64,000 nucleotides of DNA from an uncultured Gammaproteobacteria bacterium (GTDB taxonomy: Bacteria; Patescibacteriota; Patescibacteriia; Veblenbacterales; UBA10138): positions 195,013-259,012 of the forward strand of contig CAYGDX010000002.1 in the NCBI GenBank assembly GCA_964348825.1, written 5' to 3'. The notes beneath the pieces are model-generated. The model had not been told where the DNA came from. It saw only the letters and a program-made list of their open reading frames with translations, and made no database searches. Position numbers and translations under genes: made by a program. Shown here piece after piece: positions 1 through 10,177 of the stretch (the stretch's first letter is position 1; each line of letters begins with the position of its first letter).

Positions 1-268
1 AAACGGTTTCTGATTTAAGCCCGCCAATGGTAATTTCATGATACCGGCTGGGTGGATTGCTAGATGACACATAATAACCATAACTTTCGGTTGAACCATA
101 ATCAATCCGGCCGTCGGCCTCGGTATTAGTTAGCCAACTAATTTTAGCTAGTTCTTTGTCTTGGGTAACCGAAACATCACTAATCACTGGGCCTTCGGCC
201 AAAGTGGTGAAAGGTAAAATTGCCAATCCACCGATGATTAAAGATAAAAAAATATTTTTGAGGTTCAT
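1..268 (-). CDS. Partial CDS (N-terminal part; gene runs off the window start). Secreted protein with a signal peptide, MNLKNIFLSLIIGGLAILPFTTLAEG, followed by a beta-rich fibronectin-III/PAP-N-like segment.
   Basis: Reverse-complement translation from ATG (complement of 266-268) is open to the window edge. The six-frame track misses it because it has no stop inside the window. The N-terminus is hydrophobic. Confidence 0.4.
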   Translation of the reverse strand, partial: MNLKNIFLSLIIGGLAILPFTTLAEGPVISDVSVTQDKELAKISWLTNTEADGRIDYGSTESYGYYVSSSNPPSRYHEITIGGLKSETV

Positions 269-404
269 AAGTGATGTAATTAATTCCCAAATCCCAAGAT
301 CCAATTCCCAAAACTCTTATTTTAATCTTTTACTCTTACTAACACTACCCTTCCATCCAACTACTATTTATGCTAACATATTTCAGTAATCAAAGGAATT
401 CTAA

Positions 405-1469
405 ATGACTATGAAAATTCTAGGACTTGAAACATCATGTGATGAAACTTCGGTAGCGATTTTGGAATTAACCCCTAAGCGCCTTAATTTGCTGGGGCAA
501 AATACCGCCTCACAAATTAAATTGCATGCTAAATGGGGTGGCGTGGTACCAGAACTCGCAGCCCGTATGCACGCCGAGAATATTATTCCACTGCTTGATA
601 ATTTATTTAAAGAAACAAAAACCAAACCAGCTGATTTAGATTTGATTGCCGTAACAGCCGGCCCCGGGCTTATAACCGCTCTGCAAGTTGGTGTAGTCAC
701 CGCCAAAACGCTAGCAGTTACCTTCCAAAAACCATTAATTGGTGTTAATCATATTGCTGGACACCTAGTTAGCCCGTTTTTAACTACTCCCTACTCCCTA
801 CTTACTGCCACCTCAACTTATCCTGCAATTTCACTGGTCGTTTCTGGTGGACATACTGAACTTTATTTAATAAAAAATATTCATCATCACAAACTACTGG
901 GAAAAACTTTAGACGATGCGGCGGGTGAAGCGTTTGATAAAGTAGCTAAAATGCTTAAACTGCCTTACCCCGGTGGACCGCAAGTTTCTAAATTAGCTAA
1001 GGATGGTAATCCACTAGCTTTTAATTTTCCACGACCAATGTTAAAAAATAATGATTTTAATTTTAGTTTTTCCGGACTCAAAACTGCTGTACTTTACACT
1101 CTACAAAAATATAAGCCATCTACTATTAGCTATTTGCTAAAAGCCAATCTCTGTGCTTCTTTCCAACAAGCTGTGATAGATGTTCTAATTATTAAAACAT
1201 TAAAAGCCGCCGAAAAGTACAAAGCTAAAACTATAATGATTAGTGGAGGTGTTTCGGCCAATCAACAACTTCGTGACCAAATGACCCAAAAAATACAAAA
1301 ACTACACCCCACACCCTATACGCTATACCCTCAACTCCAATTCACCGGCGACAATGCGGCGATGATTGCCTTGGCAGGCGGATTAGAAGCACAAAAACAC
1401 GGCTTAGCGCGCTATAAAAAAACTTGGACTAAACTTCAAGCCCAAGCTAATTGGGAATTGTGGAATTAG
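405..1469 (+). CDS. tsaD: tRNA N6-adenosine threonylcarbamoyltransferase TsaD (Kae1/YgjD family)
   Basis: N-terminus ILGLETSCDETSVAI and motif GVNHIAGH. Length 354 aa, typical of TsaD. Confidence 0.9.
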   Translation: MTMKILGLETSCDETSVAILELTPKRLNLLGQNTASQIKLHAKWGGVVPELAARMHAENIIPLLDNLFKETKTKPADLDLIAVTAGPGLITALQVGVVTAKTLAVTFQKPLIGVNHIAGHLVSPFLTTPYSLLTATSTYPAISLVVSGGHTELYLIKNIHHHKLLGKTLDDAAGEAFDKVAKMLKLPYPGGPQVSKLAKDGNPLAFNFPRPMLKNNDFNFSFSGLKTAVLYTLQKYKPSTISYLLKANLCASFQQAVIDVLIIKTLKAAEKYKAKTIMISGGVSANQQLRDQMTQKIQKLHPTPYTLYPQLQFTGDNAAMIALAGGLEAQKHGLARYKKTWTKLQAQANWELWN

Positions 1470-1470
1470 T

Positions 1471-1506
1471 TTTAGAATTTAGAAGCTAGAAGTTAGAATT
1501 TAGAAT
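1471..1506. repeat. Heptamer-based tandem repeat tract (TTAGAAT family) in the tsaD-tsaE spacer
   Basis: gttttagaatttagaagctagaagttagaatttagaat. Confidence 0.7.
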
Positions 1507-1941
1507 ATGAAAAAAAAAATTACCACATCTACGTCTGCTCAAACTAAAAATCTTGGTCTTAAAATTGCCCGCACTTTAAAAGGTGGCGAGGTAATTTTAT
1601 TACACGGTGATTTGGGTAGTGGTAAAACTACTTTTGCCAAGGGCTTGGCTAAGGCTTTGGGTATAAAACAAACTATCACCAGTCCGACTTTTGTACTGAT
1701 GAAAGTTTATTCAACTAAACATAAAACTATCAAATGTTTTGTGCACGTTGATTGTTATCGCCTACCGGGTAAAGATTTATTATCGATTGGACTAAATGAT
1801 TATCTGGGAAAAACTGATACAGTAGTCGCCATTGAATGGGCTGAAAAATTACCAAAACTTCCCAATAAAATAGAAAGTATAGAATTATTTTTTAAACACA
1901 ATAAAGAACTAAACGGGAGAATAATTAATTTAAAAAACTAA
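1507..1941 (+). CDS. tsaE: tRNA threonylcarbamoyladenosine biosynthesis protein TsaE (P-loop ATPase)
   Basis: Walker A GDLGSGKTTFAKG. Length 144 aa. Immediately downstream of tsaD. Confidence 0.8.
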   Translation: MKKKITTSTSAQTKNLGLKIARTLKGGEVILLHGDLGSGKTTFAKGLAKALGIKQTITSPTFVLMKVYSTKHKTIKCFVHVDCYRLPGKDLLSIGLNDYLGKTDTVVAIEWAEKLPKLPNKIESIELFFKHNKELNGRIINLKN

Positions 1942-2086
1942 AACACCCTTCGACAAGCTCAGGGTGTTTTTTATAATTAATTGACTGTGCTATTCGTAGC
2001 TCGCACTAATAAACAGTGTATGTTATTTAGTAGCCCATCCTTCGCTAAAGCTACGGAGGGCATTCTTCGCTCTAGCGAGCGAAGAA

Positions 2087-2163
2087 TGGTGGGCGGCGAT
2101 GGATTCGAACCATCGGCCTCTTCATTATCAGTGAAGTGCTCTAACCGGGCTGAGCTAGCCGCC
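2087..2163 (-). tRNA. tRNA-Ile (anticodon GAU), 77 nt including an encoded CCA
   Basis: Reverse complement reads GGGCGGCTAGCTCAGCCCGGTTAGAGCACTTCACTGATAATGAAGAGGCCGATGGTTCGAATCCATCGCCGCCCACCA. The T-loop is GGTTCGAATCC and the anticodon loop is CTGATAA. Confidence 0.85.
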
Positions 2164-2371
2164 CTTAATTTTATACTGTTAATAAACTTATAACCAAATA
2201 ATCATTATGGAACGACAGTGCTGCCTGCCCCGATGACCATCGGGGAGCTAGCCGTCCCAATAACAACTAAACTAGATTATTAAACGCCTGAATATATTAA
2301 CAAAATATGTTTAGTAAGGCAAGAGTATATCAAATACTAGAATGCAAAGCAAAAATTGCCTTAATATACTA

Positions 2372-3469
2372 CTAAAGATCTAAAAGCACGGCCGCAATCC
2401 AAGGAAAGGCCACCGTAACATCACTTTGAATAATCTGATAGTAACTTTCAGTGGAAAGTTTATCCCAAGTAATTTTTTCCTTACCCCCCGCGCCAGAATA
2501 CGAACCGTAAGACATTGGCGAAGAGCCAATTTCAATAAACCCAGCCCAATCTCTAACTTTTGCTAATTTCAAATCATGTTTCAAAGATGGTACCACACAA
2601 ATCGGAAAATCAGCCGAAATGCCACCACCAAGTTGCAAAAAAGCAATTGGCGCAAGTTTGCTTTCTTTCATATACCAATCATACATCAAATGGAAATATT
2701 CCAATCCTGTTTTCATAATATTTCCATCTAACTTAACATCACCCTTTTTCTTATGTGGTCCATCATAAACATAACTAGAAAAAATATTACCCATTGTAGA
2801 ATCCTCAAAGCCTGGCACTATAATTGGGATATTTTTTTCAAAAGCCGCCAGCGTCCAACAATCAGCTGGATTAGCCTTAGAATCAGGCTTAATCAATTTT
2901 TCTTTAAACAGTCGGCGAAAATATTCATGTGGAAAATATCTTTCTTTCTTACTTTCCGCTTGCTGCCACATCTTTAATAAATGTGGTTCCATAATACGCA
3001 CGCTTTCGTCTTCTGGTAAAAATGTATCGGTAATTCGCCTGAGCCCCGCGTCCCTAAGTTCTGCTTCTTGTTTAGGAGTAAGCTCAGTATAACGAGGAAT
3101 GTAGGCATAGTGCGAATGAGCTACATAGCGGTAATACGATTCTTCGTGATTAGCGCCGGTGGCTGAAACTAAATGTACTTTGTTTTTGCGAATGAGTTCC
3201 GCCAGCATTACCCCAACTTGAAAAGAGCTTAGGGCGCCCGCTAAAGTTACAATTAATTTTCCTCCACTTTTTAGATGATTTTTTAACCACAAAGCCGCTT
3301 GCATAGTTGAGCCACCATTGCAATGCATCAGCGTTCTTTCGGCAAACTTACTAATCGGTGCCGGACTTTTTTTTATATTCTCACTCAAAGCACCGGCCGC
3401 TTTATTACCTTCAGATATAATGAATTTTCTTAACCCAGGCGAAAGTTTATTTAGTCTATTTTTTGACAT
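2372..3469 (-). CDS. Deoxyhypusine synthase family protein (DHS-like, NAD-dependent)
   Basis: 365 aa with the layout and motifs of deoxyhypusine/homospermidine synthase-like proteins: GGSTMQAALW and LQLGGGISADFPICVVP. Confidence 0.7.
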   Translation of the reverse strand: MSKNRLNKLSPGLRKFIISEGNKAAGALSENIKKSPAPISKFAERTLMHCNGGSTMQAALWLKNHLKSGGKLIVTLAGALSSFQVGVMLAELIRKNKVHLVSATGANHEESYYRYVAHSHYAYIPRYTELTPKQEAELRDAGLRRITDTFLPEDESVRIMEPHLLKMWQQAESKKERYFPHEYFRRLFKEKLIKPDSKANPADCWTLAAFEKNIPIIVPGFEDSTMGNIFSSYVYDGPHKKKGDVKLDGNIMKTGLEYFHLMYDWYMKESKLAPIAFLQLGGGISADFPICVVPSLKHDLKLAKVRDWAGFIEIGSSPMSYGSYSGAGGKEKITWDKLSTESYYQIIQSDVTVAFPWIAAVLLDL

Positions 3470-3518
3470 ATGATTATAATATAAAAATTTTCTTAATTCT
3501 TTATTGGTTATTCTGAAA

Positions 3519-4763
3519 CTAGTAATCCTTTAATTTCCTCATACCAAAATTATCCTTAATTCTTTCTAAGGCCTTGGCTTCAATTTGCCGAATACGTTCC
3601 CGAGTCACACCAAACTCCTGTCCTACTTCTTCCAGTGTATGTGAAACACCATCTTGCAAACCAAAACGCATTTCTAAAATTTTCTGTTCTCGAGGTGTTA
3701 AATCAGCTACAATTTCACGCACATGATCACGCAAAAGTTGCATAGCGGCCACACGATCAGGTGCCACAGTTTTTATATCTTCAATAAAATCCCCCAAAGT
3801 TGAATCATCGTCACTACTTTCATCGCCGACTGAAGTTTCCAAAGATACAGTTTCCTGAGAAATTTTAATAATGTGATGAATTTTTTCCACTGGCTCACCC
3901 ATTTCAGCCGCGATTTCTTCAGGCAGTGGCTCACGTCCTAAATCTTGAATCAATTGACGCTCAACTTGTTGAAAACGATTAATTGTTTCCACCATATGCA
4001 CCGGAATACGAATGGTACGCGATTGATCAGCTAGTGCTCGAGTAATGGCTTGGCGAATCCACCAAGTGGCGTAGGTTGAAAATTTATAACCTTTACGATA
4101 ATCAAATTTTTCCACAGCGCGAAACATACCAATATTACCTTCTTGAATTAAATCAAGCAGTGATAATGATTTACCGGTAAATTTTTTAGCAATTGAAACC
4201 ACTAAACGTAAATTGGATTCAATTAAACGCCGCTTGGCCTCGGCATCGCCGCGTTCTTTGCGCTTGGCTAAATTAATTTCATCTTCAGTAGATAAGAGTG
4301 GTACTTTACCAATCTCCCGTAAATACATTTGAATAGAATCAGCCGAAATTTCAGAAAGATCGTAAGGTTTTTTATCGGCACTTAAACCAGCGCGCTGGAG
4401 TAACTCCCCTTTTTTCTCAGCCATATCTAAAATTCCACCTTCAGTTTCGAGCACTTGCACACTTTGCTTTTCCAAATCATCTAAAAATTCATCATACAAA
4501 TCAAGATATTCTTCAACTTCAGGAAAAACACCCAGTACTTCTGGCTCAGTTATAAAACCACGCGAGCGTCCCCGTTGAATCATTTTTTTTATTTCTAAAA
4601 CATCCGGCAAAGTAAATTTAACCGTAGCGCGAGGTTTAGGCGCGACATAGCTTTTCTTTATTTTTTTTGCCTTGGCTGATTTTTTAATTGATTTCACAAC
4701 CCGTTTTTTTAACGGTTGATGTTTTTTTATTTTTTTTACAATGCGCCTTAATTTCTTGGGCAT
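3519..4763 (-). CDS. rpoD: RNA polymerase sigma-70 factor with a Lys-rich N-terminal extension
   Basis: Region 2 motif [27 protein letters not shown] and region 4.2 [23 protein letters not shown]. Confidence 0.85.
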   Translation of the reverse strand: MPKKLRRIVKKIKKHQPLKKRVVKSIKKSAKAKKIKKSYVAPKPRATVKFTLPDVLEIKKMIQRGRSRGFITEPEVLGVFPEVEEYLDLYDEFLDDLEKQSVQVLETEGGILDMAEKKGELLQRAGLSADKKPYDLSEISADSIQMYLREIGKVPLLSTEDEINLAKRKERGDAEAKRRLIESNLRLVVSIAKKFTGKSLSLLDLIQEGNIGMFRAVEKFDYRKGYKFSTYATWWIRQAITRALADQSRTIRIPVHMVETINRFQQVERQLIQDLGREPLPEEIAAEMGEPVEKIHHIIKISQETVSLETSVGDESSDDDSTLGDFIEDIKTVAPDRVAAMQLLRDHVREIVADLTPREQKILEMRFGLQDGVSHTLEEVGQEFGVTRERIRQIEAKALERIKDNFGMRKLKDY

Positions 4764-4857
4764 AAAAAACTCCCAACTAAATAATCAGCCCCAACTTTTT
4801 CAAATTGTAAACCATAATTTTATGGCTACAAAATTGATAAGCTAAGGATGAATTTAA

Positions 4858-6639
4858 TTATAATAATGAAACTTGACGACTAATTTCGGCGAAACGGCTT
4901 AATAATTCATTAAGCTCTGCATTGTTGCCGATTTTTTCAGCGCTGGCTATGCCAGCACTTAAACGCCGGAGTTCCAGCGCAAAATAATGTTGTTTAAGTG
5001 AACGAGCGGCCGCGGAAAGCTCGGCTTCTAGCACCACATCTTCTAATTCACCCCACTCATCTTCCGTTTGCAAAAAAATACTTTCCAGATTGTTAAGTAA
5101 TTCCGCTCGATTTATTAACTCAGATTTCAACTCATCTAAATCCAACCGATGTCTTTCATTATAAAATAAAGTAAACAAAGTGTAAAGCTCTTGCTGGGTA
5201 GGGGCTATCATTTCCGGGGTAACAGTGTTAAAAGCTTCATTACCCGCTTTTAAACTATAACTTTTTAAAATCAAACCTAAAAAACGTTTTGACAATATTT
5301 CATGCTTATCGGCAATAGGTTGTAACGCACCAACTGACTGATTACCTGATGCATTTTGATTTGTTGTAGTATTTAAACCTGCAAAACGCTCGCGTAAACT
5401 ACGTTCATCAATTTCCAGTTCGCTAGCGATTTTTTTTAAATAATAATCACGTTCCACTGGATCAGGTAATTTAGCAATAGCGATAAGTAATCGCCTAGCG
5501 GCCTCTTTCTTGCCTTCACGTGTGCTCCCGTCAACTTGCGTGAGCACTGTGGCCATTACATAGTCACCAATTGGCACAGCTTCGGCCACCGCCTTTTGAT
5601 ATGCGGCTGGATCTTTTTTGGCACATTCATCGGGATCTTTACCAAATGGTAATTTAATTATTTTTACCTCAAGTTCAGCTTGGAGAGCTAAATCAATACC
5701 ACGGTCAGCTGCACTTTGACCAGCGAGATCAGCATCAAAGGCCAATCTAATATCATTGGTATAACGTTTCAATAAAGTAATTTGATCACGAGTCAGCGCG
5801 GTGCCAGAAGTAGCGGCGACATTTTTTACGCCTGCTTGCCACGACCCAACTACATCCATATAACCCTCCACTAAAACTAGGAAGCCTGCTTCTTTAATAA
5901 ACTCTTTAGCTCGGTCTAAATTATAAAGAATTAAACTTTTATTATAAATTAATCCTTGTGGTGAATTTATATACTTGGCTTCTTTTGCGTCAGCTTGTAA
6001 AGTACGACCACCAAAACCCACTACGCGCCCCTGCGAATCATTAATTGGAAATATTAACCGATCACGAAACCTATCATAAGCACCCGGCCCACGATTACTT
6101 TTTAAAGCTAACCCTGCGGCAATGATTTCTTCTAAACTAAAACTTAGTTTTCTTAAAAAATTTATTAACTTATCCCATTCAACTGGAGCATACCCAACGC
6201 TGAATGTAGCCAAACTTTCGTCGTTAATTTGCCGAGCTTTAATATACTCTTGAGCTTTGACACTTGATGATTTTTTTAATTCTTGTTGATAAAATTCACT
6301 AGCTAAATTTAAAATTTTAAATAATTTCAAACGTTGATTGGTTTCAGCTGGGCTATGCCGTACAATTTCCACACCAGCCTTACGCGCTAAAATTTCTAAT
6401 GCTTCTGGAAAATCGACTTTTTCAATTTTTTGAATAAAAGAAAAAATATCCCCACCTTCTGAACAACCAAAACAGTGCCAAATCTGCTTGCCCTTATGTA
6501 CCATAAACGAGGGTGATTTTTCACCATGAAACGGGCACAAACCTTTCCAGTTCGCGCCGGATTGCTTGAGGCGCACAAATTCACCTATTACATCCACTAC
6601 ATCAAGCCGCGCTTTAATTTGCTCTACTTCATTGGCCAT
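4858..6639 (-). CDS. dnaG: DNA primase DnaG
   Basis: Zinc ribbon CPFHGEKSPSFMV...CFGC and Toprim EGYMDV. 593 aa. The dnaG-rpoD order is the classical one. Confidence 0.9.
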   Translation of the reverse strand: MANEVEQIKARLDVVDVIGEFVRLKQSGANWKGLCPFHGEKSPSFMVHKGKQIWHCFGCSEGGDIFSFIQKIEKVDFPEALEILARKAGVEIVRHSPAETNQRLKLFKILNLASEFYQQELKKSSSVKAQEYIKARQINDESLATFSVGYAPVEWDKLINFLRKLSFSLEEIIAAGLALKSNRGPGAYDRFRDRLIFPINDSQGRVVGFGGRTLQADAKEAKYINSPQGLIYNKSLILYNLDRAKEFIKEAGFLVLVEGYMDVVGSWQAGVKNVAATSGTALTRDQITLLKRYTNDIRLAFDADLAGQSAADRGIDLALQAELEVKIIKLPFGKDPDECAKKDPAAYQKAVAEAVPIGDYVMATVLTQVDGSTREGKKEAARRLLIAIAKLPDPVERDYYLKKIASELEIDERSLRERFAGLNTTTNQNASGNQSVGALQPIADKHEILSKRFLGLILKSYSLKAGNEAFNTVTPEMIAPTQQELYTLFTLFYNERHRLDLDELKSELINRAELLNNLESIFLQTEDEWGELEDVVLEAELSAAARSLKQHYFALELRRLSAGIASAEKIGNNAELNELLSRFAEISRQVSLL

Positions 6640-6679
6640 ATTGACAGTTTATACCACTTATGCTAATATAATTATATCA

Positions 6680-7126
6680 TTACGAAGAAGACCCTGGTGT
6701 GGTTCCGTCCACATTGGGGGCTTTTTCTTTTTGCTTAATAGCTATAACTTCAATCTCCACTTCACAACCTTCTTTAACAGTTTTAGAAATTTCAACGAAC
6801 GTGCTTACTGGTTTCGCGGTTTCAAAATATTTATTCCGTACCGCTGAAATTTCTTTAAATTTACTAACATCAGTTACAAAAATAGTGGCCTTAACCACAT
6901 CATTAATTGAAGCTCCGCCCTCCTTTAAAATTTTTTCTATATTTTGAAAAATAAATTCGGTTTGCGAAGTAAAAGCACCGGGTGACACCGCTTGACCACT
7001 ACTATCCATGGCAATTTGTCCGGTAATAAAAATCATTTCCGAATCACCTAAGCCAACTTTAATGCCATGCGAGTAGGCTCCCATGGCAGGCGTAAAATCG
7101 GGTGGATTTAAATATTGTTTATTCAT
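6680..7126 (-). CDS. ridA: RidA/YjgF family reactive-intermediate deaminase
   Basis: 148 aa with YjgF-like pattern PAMGAYSHGIKVG...IFVTD...EVEIEVIA. Confidence 0.75.
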   Translation of the reverse strand: MNKQYLNPPDFTPAMGAYSHGIKVGLGDSEMIFITGQIAMDSSGQAVSPGAFTSQTEFIFQNIEKILKEGGASINDVVKATIFVTDVSKFKEISAVRNKYFETAKPVSTFVEISKTVKEGCEVEIEVIAIKQKEKAPNVDGTTPGSSS

Positions 7127-7150
7127 AATAGAAATAATTTAAAATGTTAT

Positions 7151-7768
7151 CTACTCAATAATAATAACTTCACCATCTCTAATTTCTTTATATGGAATAT
7201 TATTTTCTTTGCAATACGCAATTTCTTTTTCAATATCCGCCGATTCAGGATGATTGGAATCCCAATGTGGCATAAAACGAAAATCGACAAATCCTAATCC
7301 ATCCCATAAAATTTCCTTTTGTTCTTCATATGGAGTATCAAGCGGGTCGACTATATCCATACCTTTTAGACTTGACGCTAGAACACAACCAGCGGCGCTA
7401 TAACCAGCGTAAAGAAAATTACTATCATTACGAAGTTCTTTTAGAATTTCATCAAGCCCGCTTAATTTCATCGCTTGGCGCAGAACAAACACATTACCTC
7501 CGCTGATAAAAATTGCGCCAAGTTCATTAAGTTTATTTTTAAGTTCATTCTGCTTTCCGAAATAATCTTGCAAGTTTAAAAGCTCCACTTCAAGACCGAG
7601 TTTACAAAGCGAACCCATATCATTTTCGTTACGCTTAACCCGCCTCTCTGGGTCAGCGCCGGTAAAATCTCGTGCGTTCGGAATATAGCCGATTTTCCCC
7701 TTCGGAACGAGCTTTTTCAACTTTTCCGTCTCGTTTCCAATTTCGTAAGATGATAGATAATATTTCAT
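7151..7768 (-). CDS. Peptidase S51 family protein (dipeptidase E / cyanophycinase-like)
   Basis: 205 aa, pattern GAIFISGGNVFVL...AGYSAAG typical of the S51 family. Confidence 0.6.
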   Translation of the reverse strand: MKYYLSSYEIGNETEKLKKLVPKGKIGYIPNARDFTGADPERRVKRNENDMGSLCKLGLEVELLNLQDYFGKQNELKNKLNELGAIFISGGNVFVLRQAMKLSGLDEILKELRNDSNFLYAGYSAAGCVLASSLKGMDIVDPLDTPYEEQKEILWDGLGFVDFRFMPHWDSNHPESADIEKEIAYCKENNIPYKEIRDGEVIIIE

Positions 7769-7778
7769 AATTTTATTC

Positions 7779-7834
7779 TAGCGGTGTACTCGGGCTCAGT
7801 ACCAAGGGTACGAGACACCGTAAGGGTTGTTTGG
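7779..7834. repeat. Diverged partial copy of the cassette-array repeat (3' portion); left boundary of the tRNA-Ser island
   Basis: tagcggtgtactcgggctcagtaccaagggtacgagacaccgtaagggttgtttgg aligns with tggcggtgtactcgggttaggtaccaaaatactagaggtattgtaaggggttt of the full repeats. Confidence 0.55.
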
Positions 7835-7887
7835 AAGAAATTTATAGACTAAACCGAGACATGTGGATTACTGGTCCAAATTTTAGA

Positions 7888-8487
7888 TTAATCCTTTTTA
7901 AGGGTCAGCACTCCACCCGTTATATCACTCAGCAAAAAGCTGGCATATTTTTCCAAAACAGGAACAGTGAGAGGAATTTCGATCTCGGGCTGATTAAAAG
8001 CAATTAGCGTTTTAAAATTCTTTTTGGCAATTTTTTCCTTAGTTACGCAGGTATCGATGTTTCCGGACAGAATTATTTTTTCAATAGTGAGAGAAATATC
8101 AAGAATTACTTCGCTAAACACTTCCATATTTTTTATTAAAACCACTCGTTCTTGTAGATCCGGGAGAATCTTAACTGCCTCAAGGAACAGAGCCTCATCT
8201 CCACTTTTTAGAATAATGGCTTGAGCGTTCAAGGATTTTTCTAACTCGGAAATAGAATCAACAAAGGCAACATCTGAATGGTCGTTACCGATTTGCTCAA
8301 GAAAATTTTCCCGTGCCATGGGGTAGGCTGTAAGAAACAGGATTTTAGAACCTGACAAAAAGAGATTCGCAATAAGTACTATAGATAAATGCGATCCGCC
8401 CATATGTTCGCCATATGTGATGAGGCAAGGGAGATTGCTTTCCGAGATTATGTATGATTCATTGTTTAATACCAACTTTCCTAACAT
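7888..8487 (-). CDS. Hypothetical protein; first cassette of the tRNA-Ser array
   Basis: 199-aa ORF bounded on both sides by array repeats. No recognisable motif. Confidence 0.4.
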   Translation of the reverse strand: MLGKLVLNNESYIISESNLPCLITYGEHMGGSHLSIVLIANLFLSGSKILFLTAYPMARENFLEQIGNDHSDVAFVDSISELEKSLNAQAIILKSGDEALFLEAVKILPDLQERVVLIKNMEVFSEVILDISLTIEKIILSGNIDTCVTKEKIAKKNFKTLIAFNQPEIEIPLTVPVLEKYASFLLSDITGGVLTLKKD

Positions 8488-8561
8488 GTTTATATTTTAG
8501 CTTAAATAAAAACTTTAGGATAATCATGGCTCGAGTCACCCTATTACCCTAAGTAAATAGG

Positions 8562-8744
8562 TCGACTCCGATAAAAAGTTGTCGTGGCGGGGTGTACGAT
8601 ATTCGAACTAAGTGGGTCGCCTATCTTTCATAAGTAAGTAGGTCACCCCTTTTACTCAGGAATATGGGTTCACTCCGATAATAAAATGTGCTGGCGGTGT
8701 ACTCGGGTTAGGTACCAAAATACTAGAGGTATTGTAAGGGGTTT
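8562..8744. repeat. Cassette-array repeat, full copy (~183 bp). Contains two sub-repeats, each ending in TGGCGG(G)TGTAC, which resembles the tRNA-Ser 3' end.
   Basis: Identical to 9961-10143 apart from about 2 substitutions. tcgtggcggggtgtacgatATTCGAACtaagtggg mimics the tRNA-Ser 3' end tggcggagaggggagATTCGAACtccc. Confidence 0.85.
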
Positions 8745-8812
8745 TAGGGGTTTAGTCTATGCGACTATTTAAGGTGCTTGAGTCAGCTTGTATTTTATAA
8801 ACCTCGCCGTTT

Positions 8813-9307
8813 TTAATATTTTACTAAACTCTTTTTCATTTCTATTGTATTGGGATGATTTTTAGATTTAGTATGGTTTATTTTCACCTTTTTGTATCCT
8901 CTTCGTTTATAAAATTCAAAAGCCCCGAAACTGGAAGGAACTTTTACTGTTTTATGCCCTTTCTTTTTTGCCAACTCTTCAACTTTATCCATTAATTTTG
9001 AGCCAACACCTTTTCTATGAATTTTAGGGTTCACGAAAACTGTATACACAGTGTCTCCTTTTAAACTAGCTGTACCAATAACTTTTCCTTTTTCAGTGAC
9101 AACATAAATTGTTCTATTTTTCGAATTAGAAATAATCAATGCTGGTGTGAAAAAATTACACAGACTTATAATGACTTTTTTGGAATATTCTTTAATATTC
9201 ACTTCCTTAAGACATTTTCTAATTATATTAGAAACACTTTTAGCATCCTCTTTTTTAAATTTTCTAATACGCATACAAATAAAATTATCGAGATACAATT
9301 TTGACAA
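8813..9307 (-). CDS. GNAT family N-acetyltransferase (cassette 2)
   Basis: Acetyl-CoA motif RKGVGSKLMDKVEELAKKKG. The likely true start is the internal MRIRKF. Confidence 0.7.
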   Translation of the reverse strand: MSKLYLDNFICMRIRKFKKEDAKSVSNIIRKCLKEVNIKEYSKKVIISLCNFFTPALIISNSKNRTIYVVTEKGKVIGTASLKGDTVYTVFVNPKIHRKGVGSKLMDKVEELAKKKGHKTVKVPSSFGAFEFYKRRGYKKVKINHTKSKNHPNTIEMKKSLVKY

Positions 9308-9315
9308 TCATAATT

Positions 9316-9385
9316 AGGCACTCGGGTCTACCGATTATAAGTATTCTTGGTGGTGTATTTTGACTAGACATTAGAATCCTAAGGG
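9316..9385. repeat. Diverged short copy of the cassette-array repeat
   Basis: aggcactcgggtctaccgattataagtattcttggtggtgtattttgactagacattagaatcctaagggg shares the cactcggg...taagggg ends with the full repeats. Confidence 0.4.
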
Positions 9386-9432
9386 GTATATAAAGAAGAT
9401 AACCAATCTAGTTATTTGCTATAAGTAGCTCA

Positions 9433-9909
9433 TTATCGTGATTCAATAATTTTCAAATCCTTGTTAAATCGGTGATATGTAAAAAATAATTCTCCATCTT
9501 TGGAATTTATTATGAGTTTAATGTGGCGTTTTAAATCTGGATAGAGTTTAGGGTCATCAAGGGCTTGATCAATATCTAACCACACTGGGATACCCTCTCT
9601 TGATTTTTTAATTGAACCACTAAAATTATCTGCTACAAAAATATATACTTGGTAAACTTTTGATTTATATTCATGATAATGCGTAGCGATAATTCGTAAC
9701 GAAGCATCTTTTACTAAAAACCCAGTCTCTTCTAATGTTTCACGAAAAGCTGCCTCTTTAGATGTTTCGTTTTTTTCCTGTTTGCCTCCTGGCAACATGT
9801 ACCAGCCAGGAAATTCAGAGAGAGTATCGCTACGTTTAATCAAAAGAATTTGTCCACCCTTAATAAGTAGCATGTTAGTTGTCGGAGAATAGATGATCTT
9901 TGAATCCAC
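9433..9909 (-). CDS. NUDIX hydrolase (cassette 3)
   Basis: Nudix box GGKQEKNETSKEAAFRETLEETG. Confidence 0.75.
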   Translation of the reverse strand: MDSKIIYSPTTNMLLIKGGQILLIKRSDTLSEFPGWYMLPGGKQEKNETSKEAAFRETLEETGFLVKDASLRIIATHYHEYKSKVYQVYIFVADNFSGSIKKSREGIPVWLDIDQALDDPKLYPDLKRHIKLIINSKDGELFFTYHRFNKDLKIIESR

Positions 9910-9960
9910 ACATTTAAGTTTAAACCTTACTCAATAAAGAGCAAGGTTTAGGTATTCGGC

Positions 9961-10143
9961 TCGACTCCGATAAAAAGTTGTCATGGCGGGGTGTACGATA
10001 TTCGAACTAAGTGGGTCGCCTATCTTTCATAAGTAAGTAGGTCACCCCTTTTACTCAGGAATATGGGTTCACTCCGATAATAAAATGTGCTGGCGGTGTA
10101 CTCGGGTTAGGTACCAAAATACTAAAGGTATTGTAAGGGGTTT
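9961..10143. repeat. Cassette-array repeat, full copy (~183 bp)
   Basis: Near-identical to 8562-8744. Confidence 0.85.
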
Positions 10144-10177
10144 CGGTGGATCAGGTAATACATAAGCCATGATAATA

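Noticed and set aside
1981-2193. 70-aa ORF on the plus strand
   Set aside because: It lies antisense across tRNA-Ile (2087-2163). It is an artefact of the structured tRNA sequence.
6566-6847. 93-aa plus-strand ORF and others such as 6396-6584, 8024-8224 and 10333-10644
   Set aside because: They are antisense to, or nested in, strong CDSs (dnaG, ridA, cassette genes). Low-complexity translations; spurious.
8560-8760. Array repeats as genuine tRNA genes or pseudogenes
   Set aside because: Only the T-loop/acceptor 3' portion (TGGCGG..ATTCGAAC) is mimicked. There is no D-arm or anticodon arm, so these are att-type remnants, not tRNAs.
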